NCBI GenBank assembly: GCA_946612115.1
Contig: CAMOEI010000003.1
Coordinates: 46,515-110,514 of the forward strand
Source: an uncultured Bacillales bacterium
GTDB taxonomy: Bacteria > Bacillota_I > Bacilli_A > RFN20 > CAG-826
Length of the DNA stretch: 64,000 nt
Reading direction: 5' to 3'
Each line of letters starts with the position of its first letter. Position 1 is the first letter of the stretch. Shown here piece after piece: positions 50,243 to 60,456 of this stretch. The position numbers were made by a program, and so were the translations under genes. The notes beneath the pieces were generated by a model, which was not told the origin of the DNA, searched no databases, and saw only the letters and a list, made by a program, of their open reading frames with translations.

Positions 50243-53200
50243 ATGAAAAAGAAATTTATCGTTCCAGTTGTCGCGTTAGCTCTTGGTACATCTTCGTTAG
50301 CAGGATGTAAGCAAAGTCCAGCTAAACCAAAAGCTCCAACACTAAGTTCGTTAAAATTTGATACGACAAGCGTACAAATGGAATATGTCTATGAAGCTAC
50401 AGCTGTCTCTTTAGACGGATTAAAAGTTTACGCTGTTTATTCCGACGAGAGTGAAGTTGAAGTTTCAGATTACGTCTATGAACCGTCAGATTTAGTAATC
50501 ACTAATGAAGATCGCGCAGGCGCAAAATTTGGTACAAAGAAGAAGGTCGCAATCACCTATCAAACCAAATCAAAGAACCTAGAGTTTACAATCAAACCAG
50601 AAGTCGTTGATTGGACAGAAGAAGAAAAAGCTCTTATGACTTCAAATCTTTTAGGAGTCGCGTTACCATTCAACCGCGCTCTTAAAAACAAAACTTACAC
50701 AGTTGAATGGGATGCTACAGAAGAAACGCTTTATATTGATGCAGAAGGAACTTATGATCAAGACTCCTTAACTGCCTATAAAGCAACATTCTTATCCACA
50801 GAAGGATGGCAAACATCTACCCAAACATATGGAAACGGCAAAATCGTTAACTTCCAAAAAGAAGTTGCAAGAGAAGGCGAAGCTCCTGCAGTAGTTACTG
50901 GTGCATTCTCTGTTGTTGACAGAACAACAGGCACACCAGCAGAATCAGGCGACTTCGATTTATACGCTCGCGTTGAAGAACCATATGTTAAGGATTGGCC
51001 AGCTGCGACAGCATTAGATTATTCTAAAAAATATAGTAGTGATGCGGATCCTGATGTCTTACCAGCAGCAATCGCAGATTACTATGAAATCTATAGTGAA
51101 GCTGATCAAGGATTTGACGCTATTATTGGTTATACTTCAACCGATCCACAATATGCCCCAGCGGGATGGGGTGTCGGATTATCAGACCCAAGTGGATTCC
51201 AACAATATATTTCGCCAAAAGAAAATTACGCTGTTTGGTATAAATTCAATGAAGCATCTAAATACTTTGTTGTTCAATTTGACAATTATTACAAACCAGC
51301 CACAGAATGGCCAGCAGAACAAATCGCTGCATTAGTTGATGATTTTGCTTCTCAAGATTCAATTCCAGCATGGAATGGTGAAGCCAGCGAATACATGGTT
51401 AACACCGATGCAAAGCAAATTAGAGTCACTATGCCAGAAGGTACAACCACTGAACAATTATCAGCTGCCGCTACTGCATATAATGCCTACTTAGTGAGCG
51501 ATGGACATTACGCACAAAGAACAAAAACTAATGGTTATGTTTCTGAACACTATGAATTAAGCGCTTACGCCGTTGCCTCTAATGGTTACGTCTTTATTAT
51601 TGTTAACGCTGTTCAACCTAATGATTTATTTAAAGCAAAAGGTTTCTTCGGACAAGGTTCAACTGAATTATTACCAGAGGCCCTTGGAATTAATAACGTT
51701 GCTGACTATGCATCATTCTATGCAAATCAAGCCGGCACTGATTATGATTACGAGGCACCATATATCAAATTCTATGCAGAAGATGTTGCAACAAAGGTTG
51801 CCGAATTACAAAACACCTTATTAAATAACGGATACTTCTTATCCTATGTTGATGAATATAATGATAATCACTACTATTCACCAGCCCAAGAACTCGATAT
51901 TTGTGTCTGGGCATCCTCAGCTGATGCAAGATTAGATATCGTTCATGTTGATAGCGAAGATAAATTATCAACAAGCGAATCGTTCCCAGCAGAAGAAGTC
52001 GCCGCTTTCTTAGGCGAAGGACACGCCAGTGTTCCTGCCCTTAGCGGTGCTTCAAATTACTTATATTCTGATAGTGAAACTTCATTTGAAGTCTTAGCGA
52101 GATTTGAAAATGCTGAAGCTGCTGCGACTGCATTAGCAACTTATGGAAGTGGCTTATCAGATTACACCGCCAAAGGTGAAAACGTCTTTGTTTCTAATGA
52201 CGGTTCAGTCACATTAACTTTATCCACCAACGGATCTTATGTTTCTATCGTTGTTGCAGATAGTGCGGTCTTCCCACTTGCTGGAATTAACGCATTCTTA
52301 GACGAGGAATTTACAGAAGAACAAGTTCCAGTGATTGCTAAAGGAGAAGGAATCTTATTCTCCAGTAGTGAAGACGAATCAACTGGTGTTTACACTGTTT
52401 CAGTTACCTATGCAGCTGGAGCAGAAGCTGCCAGCGCTGCTAAAACAGCATATGAGGCTGCTTTAGTTGAAAAAGGATTTGCTGAAGCAAATGCTGGTAG
52501 TGGAGTTTATGGAAATACTTCTCTTGCTTTGAAAGTTGAAGTTTCTGTTGAAGGCGCTGTCTTAACAATTAAGTTCTCTTCTATCCTTGTTAATGCAATT
52601 AGTTCAACCTTCATTAACGAACAAGCAAAACTTACTTTCTCCCACTTACCATCAGTTTTAGTGAAATCAAAATATAGCGTTTCTAATGTCACATTTAATG
52701 ATGGTTCATTCGGAGTAAAGATAGTTGCAAATGACGATTACAGTTCGGTTGGAGCTGTTGTTTCCGACGCCTTTGGCTCCGATACAGATAATTGGAATTA
52801 TCGTGGAACTGATAGTTCTTACAAAACTTGGTATGTTTGTGATCAATTCCATAATGTTCATGTTGCTATTTATGCAGGATATGATTCGAGTAGCAACATC
52901 TGTGTCTTTATTAGATTCTATGTTTATTCAGTAGCTCAAGAAGCATTAAAAACTCTTGGAAAGACCATTCCTGAATTTGATGAATCAACAGCACTTAACA
53001 AATATGTCATGGACTATACCTTATATAACTATAAATTAGTCGATACAATGGTTTTATACCAAAATCAAGCTAGCGCTCAGGCTGCTTATGATGCATATAT
53101 GTTGTTATTGACGGCCACCGAAGGTTATACAGTTATTGACGCCGATAAAGGTTTGTACACAAATACAGCCCTAGGAGAAGACTATGGCATCATAGTCAAA

Positions 53201-53269
53201 GTTACAGAAGATGATGGAGACTATTATGTCGAAATCACAGTCGGTTTGCTTTCACTTCTCCAAGCATAA
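50243..53269 (+). CDS. Large repeat-containing lipoprotein (Ig-like N-domain plus ~100-aa repeats)
   Basis: Lipobox LAG-C; GLKVYAVYSD Ig-like motif; repeated W/FP....I......LP units. Confidence 0.75.
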   Translation: MKKKFIVPVVALALGTSSLAGCKQSPAKPKAPTLSSLKFDTTSVQMEYVYEATAVSLDGLKVYAVYSDESEVEVSDYVYEPSDLVITNEDRAGAKFGTKKKVAITYQTKSKNLEFTIKPEVVDWTEEEKALMTSNLLGVALPFNRALKNKTYTVEWDATEETLYIDAEGTYDQDSLTAYKATFLSTEGWQTSTQTYGNGKIVNFQKEVAREGEAPAVVTGAFSVVDRTTGTPAESGDFDLYARVEEPYVKDWPAATALDYSKKYSSDADPDVLPAAIADYYEIYSEADQGFDAIIGYTSTDPQYAPAGWGVGLSDPSGFQQYISPKENYAVWYKFNEASKYFVVQFDNYYKPATEWPAEQIAALVDDFASQDSIPAWNGEASEYMVNTDAKQIRVTMPEGTTTEQLSAAATAYNAYLVSDGHYAQRTKTNGYVSEHYELSAYAVASNGYVFIIVNAVQPNDLFKAKGFFGQGSTELLPEALGINNVADYASFYANQAGTDYDYEAPYIKFYAEDVATKVAELQNTLLNNGYFLSYVDEYNDNHYYSPAQELDICVWASSADARLDIVHVDSEDKLSTSESFPAEEVAAFLGEGHASVPALSGASNYLYSDSETSFEVLARFENAEAAATALATYGSGLSDYTAKGENVFVSNDGSVTLTLSTNGSYVSIVVADSAVFPLAGINAFLDEEFTEEQVPVIAKGEGILFSSSEDESTGVYTVSVTYAAGAEAASAAKTAYEAALVEKGFAEANAGSGVYGNTSLALKVEVSVEGAVLTIKFSSILVNAISSTFINEQAKLTFSHLPSVLVKSKYSVSNVTFNDGSFGVKIVANDDYSSVGAVVSDAFGSDTDNWNYRGTDSSYKTWYVCDQFHNVHVAIYAGYDSSSNICVFIRFYVYSVAQEALKTLGKTIPEFDESTALNKYVMDYTLYNYKLVDTMVLYQNQASAQAAYDAYMLLLTATEGYTVIDADKGLYTNTALGEDYGIIVKVTEDDGDYYVEITVGLLSLLQA

Positions 53270-53289
53270 TCTCTTATATTCAAACAATT

Positions 53290-53318
53290 AGACCAAGACC
53301 TCAAATCTTGGTCTTTTT
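53290..53318 (+). terminator. Terminator
   Basis: AGACCAAGA...TCTTGGTCT plus T-tract. Confidence 0.7.
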
Positions 53319-53398
53319 ATATGCGCATGTAATACGAGCATTTGACAAAATATGTTCTAGTCATTTAGACTTTAAACATATTTTTGAGGTCAATTAAT

Positions 53399-55144
53399 AT
53401 GAAAAAGACACTATTATCCGGACTTGTTCTTACCTTTTTAGGTTTTATAGCGGTCTCTTGTACATCTAAACAAGAACCTAAACCAATTCCCGCAGTTAAA
53501 GTATTAACTGGTATTTCAATTACTCAAGATGCTAATCAAAAAGAATTTGATCTCAATAGTGAATTTAATTATGAAGGATTAAAAGTTTCTGCATCTTTTA
53601 TTACTGGAGATGTCTCTAGTAGTGAAGATGTCACAAGCGACATTGTGGTTTCTTCTCCAGATATGAGTAGCAAAGGAGAAAAAGATGCCAATATTTCCTA
53701 TACATATAATGAAGTAGTTAAAACCACTAGTTATAAGATTACTGTTAATGAAGTAGTTAGTAAAAAAGCAAAGCTAACTGCTTTAGCGGCAGCGCCTAAT
53801 AATTACATCAATTTCTCTGGTGTAACATTAGATCAAGAATATGATGTTGGCAGTGAACTAGTTATCACATTAGATTTAGTTCGTCCTTTAGCGGGGTCTG
53901 CCACTATTGATCACTATCATTTATTTGTTAATAATACTGAACTATCTTTATCTCAAGTTGGAACAGAACAAAAATTAAAGGCTACTTATGTAGTGGAAGA
54001 TAAAGATTTCACTATTTATGGCTTTTATAATGACATGGTGGAAGATCAAAACGGATACACACTTACATTAGATAACCCTTCTACCGATTTAGCGGTCTTT
54101 GGATTTGATACTTCAAAGAAGTACACGAAGATGTATGGCTTTGTCACTTTAAAAGAAGGCTACACAATGAACGGTATCAAATGGAAATATGAAGGTGAAG
54201 AAGAGTATCGTAATGGAGCGCTTAATAATAATTTTCAACCCACTAATGTTACTCAACTAGCGAATCACCCAGAATTATATACATTTAAAATTAGAGAAAC
54301 TGGTAACCAAGCGGTAACTGGAAACGTACATGTCTTATTTGATGTTGTAGAAGAAACTAAATACACGATTACTTATACATACGATAATGAAGAATTAGTT
54401 AATAAAACTAGTTCAGTTTTACCAAGTGAATCCACTGCAGGTAAAAAGAACTATCTCACTATTGTGACTAAATCAAATAATGACAAATTCGTAGTCAGTA
54501 GTGATGATATTGAATTAGAAGAAACGTTTAACTATGGCCAATATGGTTTCACTATGCCAAAAAAGAATATTGAAATTCATATCTCATTAACAGAAGCTAC
54601 ATTAAACATTTCTTGGAATAAACCTGATGGAGTGAGTGCGTTTATTAAAAAAGATGGAGATTATTATTCCTCAACAATTACTAAACTCATCCCAGGAGAA
54701 ACCTATCATCTAATGGCGGCTTCCACCCAAAAGGTCATTGATTACGCAAATCTAAATAATGTTAAAGTTGATTTAAATATGACTTCTAAAAGCGATGATG
54801 ATGGAAATGTTATTTTTGAAACAACATTCGTTGCCTCTGATATAGGTAGTAATCAGATGAATATTGAAATTGTTTTAACTGATTCATTTATCAATATTTC
54901 TTTAGATTCTTCTTTCTCAGATAATGCGACAATCTCATCTCCAAGATGCAAGATTGGTGTTAATTATCTTGTTAAAGCAACATTTGAAAAAGAAATGACA
55001 ATTGTCATTAAAGATAGTGATGGAAATGAAAAGGATATCGAAGTTACCTCTTCTCATAGAGAAACTGAAGGATTCCACGTCTATGAATTCAGTTTTGTTA
55101 CCCCATCTTACGATATAACTATTTCCTTTAAGGAGGCTAATTAA
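53399..55144 (+). CDS. Lipoprotein with Ig-like domains
   Basis: Lipobox AVS-C; FNYEGLKVSA..SSPDMSSKGEK..ISYT (Big_3-like); FTMPKKNI. Confidence 0.72.
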   Translation: MKKTLLSGLVLTFLGFIAVSCTSKQEPKPIPAVKVLTGISITQDANQKEFDLNSEFNYEGLKVSASFITGDVSSSEDVTSDIVVSSPDMSSKGEKDANISYTYNEVVKTTSYKITVNEVVSKKAKLTALAAAPNNYINFSGVTLDQEYDVGSELVITLDLVRPLAGSATIDHYHLFVNNTELSLSQVGTEQKLKATYVVEDKDFTIYGFYNDMVEDQNGYTLTLDNPSTDLAVFGFDTSKKYTKMYGFVTLKEGYTMNGIKWKYEGEEEYRNGALNNNFQPTNVTQLANHPELYTFKIRETGNQAVTGNVHVLFDVVEETKYTITYTYDNEELVNKTSSVLPSESTAGKKNYLTIVTKSNNDKFVVSSDDIELEETFNYGQYGFTMPKKNIEIHISLTEATLNISWNKPDGVSAFIKKDGDYYSSTITKLIPGETYHLMAASTQKVIDYANLNNVKVDLNMTSKSDDDGNVIFETTFVASDIGSNQMNIEIVLTDSFINISLDSSFSDNATISSPRCKIGVNYLVKATFEKEMTIVIKDSDGNEKDIEVTSSHRETEGFHVYEFSFVTPSYDITISFKEAN

Positions 55145-56682
55145 TGAAAAAGATTTTGTTCTTACCTTTATGCGCATTACTATTAGCGGGGTGTAATTCC
55201 TCTAGTGGTGGTTATTCCAAGCAAAACCTTAAAGAAATTCAAGATTTCATCTCTTCGTTACAATCTCATAACTACACCGCAAAGATGAGTGATGATTACT
55301 ATTATTTTTTAAATGATCATGCTTTTATCACAAAGTTTAAAGATCAAACCGTTGAAGGTGGATATATCAAAAAAGATAATGCTGGAATCTTTGATTATGT
55401 CGTTTCTAATAATGTATTAGAAGTTCAGGGAATGATTTCTTTAGATTCAACTTCTTCTCCTTATGATTATGTCTCTACTCCAGAATATATCGCGAGAATC
55501 GATAGCAAATATTGGGTTGGCGATAAAGAAAAAGGAGTCGCACATCTAGATTTAAGCAAAATGACTTCTTCAAGAAACAATATCGCTTGGGCTTTTATCA
55601 TTGAAAATGAAATCGTCAATAATAACGCAATTAAAGAAGTAACTGCATCTATAGGTAATACAGTAACTTTTAAAGTTAAATATCAAAACAAAGCTAAAAA
55701 GACTGTTAGTAAATCATTCTCTATTTCTAATGTAGGAACTACTTCAAATAGTTTAGTCACCGATTATGTCACAAGTGGAGATTTCTCCCCTAAAACTGAT
55801 TGGACTAATTATCAAAAACAAATGTTTACTAAATATGAATTGGACACTCCATTTTTCTTTTCAGGGTATACTTTAGGATTATCTTTATCTTTCAGCTATG
55901 CTGAATCATATAAAATCTTAATGGCGTATGACATTATGTCTAGCAAAGCCAAAGAAGATGAATTTAAACAGGAGTTATTAGAAAATCATTATGATATCAC
56001 TGTCACTCCTGAAAATATGATTGTCGCGTTAAAGAAAGTTGAAAGCGAAGAAGGAACTTATGGAGATCAAATCCAATTTAAATATCTTTCAGTAGATGAA
56101 ATTGATCCTAGAGAAAGAAAAAGTTGTCCAAATGGATATCTACAAGTTGTCTATAATTCTTCTTTATATTATGACGGAAGTACAATCGAGGCCGTTAACT
56201 CCACAATTGGAACTCAAAACATCCCGCCTGTTAGTGATAGTGAGATGATTGATAAAGTTGCTTTGAGCAATCACACTGAGTTATATAACGAGCAATATAA
56301 AGAAGCAATTAAAGAGGAAGAACCTGAAGAAGATGTTCAAAATGTCATCTTAGGAGCGTATATCGCTAGATTTACTCCAGTAAGTGGTACATCTTTACAA
56401 GATGTTAATACTTATATCAAAGCATACTTAGCAGGTTTAGACGCATTAGGATGGGTGGACGCTCAAAAAGCGATGAACGATTTAATCGGTGATACTTCAG
56501 AAATTGAATATCCTAAAGATTTTGATGAAATCAATTATGGTAGAAGAGGGAAGATTGCCAGTGATGAAAATTCAGTAGTCTGGTTAGAATTCTATTCCTA
56601 TGATTATTTAGAAAAAGGGTACTTCGAATTAAACATTGAAATCTTCACTAAATACGGTGTTTCTAAATTATCTAATTTCTAA
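55144..56682 (+). CDS. Lipoprotein of unknown function
   Basis: Lipobox LAG-C; translationally coupled (TAATG overlap). Confidence 0.72.
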   Translation: MKKILFLPLCALLLAGCNSSSGGYSKQNLKEIQDFISSLQSHNYTAKMSDDYYYFLNDHAFITKFKDQTVEGGYIKKDNAGIFDYVVSNNVLEVQGMISLDSTSSPYDYVSTPEYIARIDSKYWVGDKEKGVAHLDLSKMTSSRNNIAWAFIIENEIVNNNAIKEVTASIGNTVTFKVKYQNKAKKTVSKSFSISNVGTTSNSLVTDYVTSGDFSPKTDWTNYQKQMFTKYELDTPFFFSGYTLGLSLSFSYAESYKILMAYDIMSSKAKEDEFKQELLENHYDITVTPENMIVALKKVESEEGTYGDQIQFKYLSVDEIDPRERKSCPNGYLQVVYNSSLYYDGSTIEAVNSTIGTQNIPPVSDSEMIDKVALSNHTELYNEQYKEAIKEEEPEEDVQNVILGAYIARFTPVSGTSLQDVNTYIKAYLAGLDALGWVDAQKAMNDLIGDTSEIEYPKDFDEINYGRRGKIASDENSVVWLEFYSYDYLEKGYFELNIEIFTKYGVSKLSNF

Positions 56683-56703
56683 TTTTTTCATTTCAATTTA
56701 TTT

Positions 56704-57948
56704 TTAACTCAAAAAATTTTTAAGCGAAATTACATTTATTTGGTAACCATTTTTTTCAATTATCTTATCTTCGTCAAATGTAATAAGTGTCAATTTAAGT
56801 TTTTCTTTACTAGCCTTAGCAAAATTCATCAAGGATTCAATTTCCCTGTCGCTATCGGAATCGTCTAATCGATACGCAACTTGAATTGCGTTTTTTTCTT
56901 CTGGAATATAAAAATCTATTTCTGCTTTATCATTTTTAACATAATAGAGCTTGTCTTTGAATTGCTTATGTAGTTGGATTGCAACGATATTTTCGATTAA
57001 AGAACTCTTTTTATCGTCGAGGAACAGATTCAAAATACCATTATCAATAAAATAGAATTTTAATTTGCTTTTCTTATCCACAAAGGCCGAATAATAGTTC
57101 TCCAGTGAGAACAAAAGGAAAGCGTCTTCACAATATCCACAGTAATTAATAATAATATCTTTAGATATTTTATAACCAATACCTGTAACAGCATTAGTTA
57201 GCCTGGTATAAGAAACATCTGTTTTTACTGTTTCAGCAATTTTTGAAATAAGAAGCTTTAAACCATTTTCGTTTCTAATCGAATTCCTAACGACGATATC
57301 TCCATAAAGCACTTTGAGATAAATATTAGACAAATATTCGCGTTTATTCGTAAAATTAATAGACTCAGGAAAGCCACCATTAACAAAATATTGCTCTAAG
57401 GCATTATTGAATTCAGCAATCTCTTTTGTTGAAATTGGATTTGATTTAACTTTTATCGCTCTTAAGTATTCTTTGAAAGAATATGGATAAACTTCTTTAG
57501 TTAAATATCGACCACCTAAAGTTTTTTCAATATCTTTAGAAAGCATTTTTGCGTTGCTTCCAGTTATATCAACTTTTAATCCCTGGTTAGCAACTCTAAT
57601 TGCAAATAATTCCCAGTTATCTATATTTTGAATTTCGTCAAAGAAATAATAATGTTTTTCACCACTCATTTCTTGTGACACAGTAATAATGTCTTCAAAA
57701 TCGGAAGAAGAAAAGCCCACTAATCGTTCATCGTCAAAATTTATATATATGATTTGATTCCAACTGACTCCACTAGCAATCAAATCTTGAACTCTTTTAT
57801 ATAAAATAGTTGATTTACCTGCACGACGAGGACCAACGATAACATAATTGCCATTGGTTTCTAGAAAAATATCTCTATTAACAATAATAGTGTTCCTTAT
57901 TACTTCGTGTTGGTCATATATTACTCTTTTTAAGATATCGTGATTCAT
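56704..57948 (-). CDS. AAA+ ATPase (AAA_14 plus DUF4143)
   Basis: GPRRAGKST, FFDEIQ, TGSNA, GGFPE, YFIDNG, EIDF..IQV. Confidence 0.9.
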   Translation of the reverse strand: MNHDILKRVIYDQHEVIRNTIIVNRDIFLETNGNYVIVGPRRAGKSTILYKRVQDLIASGVSWNQIIYINFDDERLVGFSSSDFEDIITVSQEMSGEKHYYFFDEIQNIDNWELFAIRVANQGLKVDITGSNAKMLSKDIEKTLGGRYLTKEVYPYSFKEYLRAIKVKSNPISTKEIAEFNNALEQYFVNGGFPESINFTNKREYLSNIYLKVLYGDIVVRNSIRNENGLKLLISKIAETVKTDVSYTRLTNAVTGIGYKISKDIIINYCGYCEDAFLLFSLENYYSAFVDKKSKLKFYFIDNGILNLFLDDKKSSLIENIVAIQLHKQFKDKLYYVKNDKAEIDFYIPEEKNAIQVAYRLDDSDSDREIESLMNFAKASKEKLKLTLITFDEDKIIEKNGYQINVISLKNFLS

Positions 57949-57959
57949 ACTTATTCTCC

Positions 57960-58016
57960 TATTTTTGTCGAGTATATTCTACAAAATGTATATATTTTTG
58001 TCGAGTATATTTGACA
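57960..58016. repeat. 19-bp direct repeat TATTTTTGTCGAGTATATT x2 (period 33), each part of an imperfect palindrome
   Basis: 57960-57978 and 57993-58011, just upstream of the AAA-DUF4143 gene. Confidence 0.75.
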
Positions 58017-58065
58017 TTTTTAATATGCTTTGCGATTCAATTACAAAAAAACATCCAAAGGATGT

Positions 58066-58584
58066 TTATTCTATATATGTAACTAAACAAGTTTCTATAT
58101 CGTAAATTGCAGATTCAACCACTCCATCATAGTGAGGAAATTTAGATTTAAGATATTCTGCAGTTTTCTTGGCGTTAATCTCACTAGCGGTTTTCTCATC
58201 AACTTCATTAACAATATTAAGTTTAATTCTATTAAGAATTGGATCTAGATATTTGCCTTTTTCATTATGAATAGAAGCGTGAATCGCTCCACAGTGAGTG
58301 TGGCCTAACACTAAAACATATTTGATGTTTAGATGTTCTATTCCATATTCAATAGAGGCGAGTTCTCCTTCATTTATCACATTACCCGCGGTTCTTATAA
58401 TAAATAATTCGCCTGCGTGTACATGAAAGATTTCTTCAGGAACCACTCTAGAATCGCTACAGCAAATAATTAAAGCGTAAGGAGATTGTCCTTTAGATAA
58501 TGAAGAATAGTATTCTTTCTTATCTTTAGATAAACTAGAAACAAATTCTTTATTTCCGTTAATTAATTTAGTTTTGATATCCAT
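58066..58584 (-). CDS. Beta-class carbonic anhydrase
   Basis: CSDSRV, RTAGN, GHTHCGA. Confidence 0.93.
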   Translation of the reverse strand: MDIKTKLINGNKEFVSSLSKDKKEYYSSLSKGQSPYALIICCSDSRVVPEEIFHVHAGELFIIRTAGNVINEGELASIEYGIEHLNIKYVLVLGHTHCGAIHASIHNEKGKYLDPILNRIKLNIVNEVDEKTASEINAKKTAEYLKSKFPHYDGVVESAIYDIETCLVTYIE

Positions 58585-59591
58585 TATCTTTTTTCAAATG
58601 GTCCGATATGCTCATTATCACCAACAGTGACATTTCTTAATGTTGAGCATTCAATTTCATTATCATGACCAACTTTAACGTTTTCTAAAACGGTGTTAGG
58701 ACCGATGAAATTACCTTCTCCAATAACTGAAGAACCTAAAATAGTGGTGTTAGGTCTAATTACTGTATCTTTTCCAATAGATACTTCAGGAGAAATATAG
58801 GCAGTGTCTGGATCTTCAATAGATACACCTTCTAACATTAATCTATGATTAACTCTTTTTCTAATGATTTTAGCAGCATAGCTGAGTTGGAAGCGGTCAC
58901 TGACAGAGAAGATATCAACAGCGTCTTCTAAAACATACGCTTCAGCACGTAAACCGTCTTGATTAAATAATTTCACAAGTTCAGATAAGTAATATTCTTT
59001 TTTAGCGTTTTCTCTAGAGAGTTTTGGTAAATAGCTTTGAAGAATCTTATTATCGATGATATACACTCCAGCGTTAACTTCGTTATATTCTTTTTCTTCA
59101 GTGTTACAATCAGCGTTTTCTCTAATATCTAATAAACGATAAGAACCTTTTTCTCTAATGATTCTTCCATATCCTTTAGGATTTTCTAAAACAGATGTAC
59201 AAATAGTTAAGGCGTTACCGTTTTTCTCATGCTTATGATAAACCTTTTTTAAGGTTTCATAAGTTAATAGTGGGAGTTCTCCTCCAACGATAATGATATC
59301 TCCTTCTTTATCTATAAGTTCTTTTACTTGCATTAAAGCGTGACCAGTACCTAAGGTTTCTTTTTGCCAGACGACTTTAGATTCTTTTTCAACACACTTT
59401 TTTGTGTGTTCTCCTCCATAGCCAACCACTGTATAGATTTCTTTTGGCTCAAAAGGTTTAACCGCATCAATTACATAGTTAATTAATGGTTTACCTAAAA
59501 TTGGGTAAGCAACTTTGGAGTGATTTGGGTCTCTAGAATTCATTCTAGAACCTCTACCTGCTCCTAAAACGACAATATATTTATCTTTCAT
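58584..59591 (-). CDS. glmU: GlmU-like uridylyltransferase, C-terminally short (335 aa)
   Basis: GAGRGSRM, LGTGHA, GYGRI, EVNAGVY, EYYL, a few hexapeptide repeats ending at IGPF. Confidence 0.8.
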   Translation of the reverse strand: MKDKYIVVLGAGRGSRMNSRDPNHSKVAYPILGKPLINYVIDAVKPFEPKEIYTVVGYGGEHTKKCVEKESKVVWQKETLGTGHALMQVKELIDKEGDIIIVGGELPLLTYETLKKVYHKHEKNGNALTICTSVLENPKGYGRIIREKGSYRLLDIRENADCNTEEKEYNEVNAGVYIIDNKILQSYLPKLSRENAKKEYYLSELVKLFNQDGLRAEAYVLEDAVDIFSVSDRFQLSYAAKIIRKRVNHRLMLEGVSIEDPDTAYISPEVSIGKDTVIRPNTTILGSSVIGEGNFIGPNTVLENVKVGHDNEIECSTLRNVTVGDNEHIGPFEKR

Positions 59592-59602
59592 TTTATCTCT
59601 CC

Positions 59603-60454
59603 TTATTTCTTGATGACTTTAGCGATTTCCGCAAAATATTCATCCTCTAATACTTTTCTAGCTTTCTTTAATAAACCGACATCAGTAGATAAGGCAAATA
59701 CAGCGCTTCCACTTCCGGTCATAAGAACAATCTTTAATCCTAATTCTTTTAATGTATCTTTGATAGTTTGAATCTCAGGCACTAATGAAATAGCGGCTTC
59801 TTCTAAAGAATTACCAATAAGCTCTGCTAAAAGATCATCATCTCCATTAGCTAAAGCTTCTTTAACTTTATCAATATCGATTTGTTTATACGGCACTTTA
59901 TCTGTGATAGCGAAGACTTCTTTAGTGGAGCAACCTGATTTAGGTTTAACAATTAAAACGTAGTAGTTGTTTTTTACTTCAACATTTTCAATTTGTTCTC
60001 CGATTCCTTTACATCTAGCAGGTTTACAGTTGATAAAGAACGGGATATCCGCTCCTAAAGGAGTGGCGATTTTGATTAATTCTTCATCACTAGCGTTCAG
60101 TTTTAACATTTGATTAACCGCTTTTAATGTGAAGGCCGCATTACTACTTCCTCCACCTAATCCCGCTTGCATTGGAATGACTTTATGAATAAAGACTCTA
60201 AAGCGATCATTAAATTTATATTTCTTTGCTAAAGCGTTAATCGCTGTGCTCACTAAGTTATAATGGATTAATCCATTAGAGAAATCATCAATAGTGACGA
60301 AGTTATCTTCATTTTTTAATTTAGAAATAATTAAAGTATCGTGAAGTTCGATAGGAAGCATAATCCCATCTAGTTCATGATATCCATCTTCTCTTTTTTT
60401 AGTGATTGATAATGATAAATTGATTTTCGCGTAACTTTTAACACTTCTAGCCAT
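59603..60454 (-). CDS. ispE: 4-diphosphocytidyl-2-C-methyl-D-erythritol kinase
   Basis: AKINLSL, DGYHEL, AGLGGGSSNAA, GADIPF, MTGSGS. Confidence 0.95.
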   Translation of the reverse strand: MARSVKSYAKINLSLSITKKREDGYHELDGIMLPIELHDTLIISKLKNEDNFVTIDDFSNGLIHYNLVSTAINALAKKYKFNDRFRVFIHKVIPMQAGLGGGSSNAAFTLKAVNQMLKLNASDEELIKIATPLGADIPFFINCKPARCKGIGEQIENVEVKNNYYVLIVKPKSGCSTKEVFAITDKVPYKQIDIDKVKEALANGDDDLLAELIGNSLEEAAISLVPEIQTIKDTLKELGLKIVLMTGSGSAVFALSTDVGLLKKARKVLEDEYFAEIAKVIKK

Positions 60455-60456
60455 AA

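Noticed and set aside
2332-55177. Numerous 60-140 aa ORFs overlapping long genes
   Set aside because: Antisense or alternate-frame shadows of well-supported CDSs.
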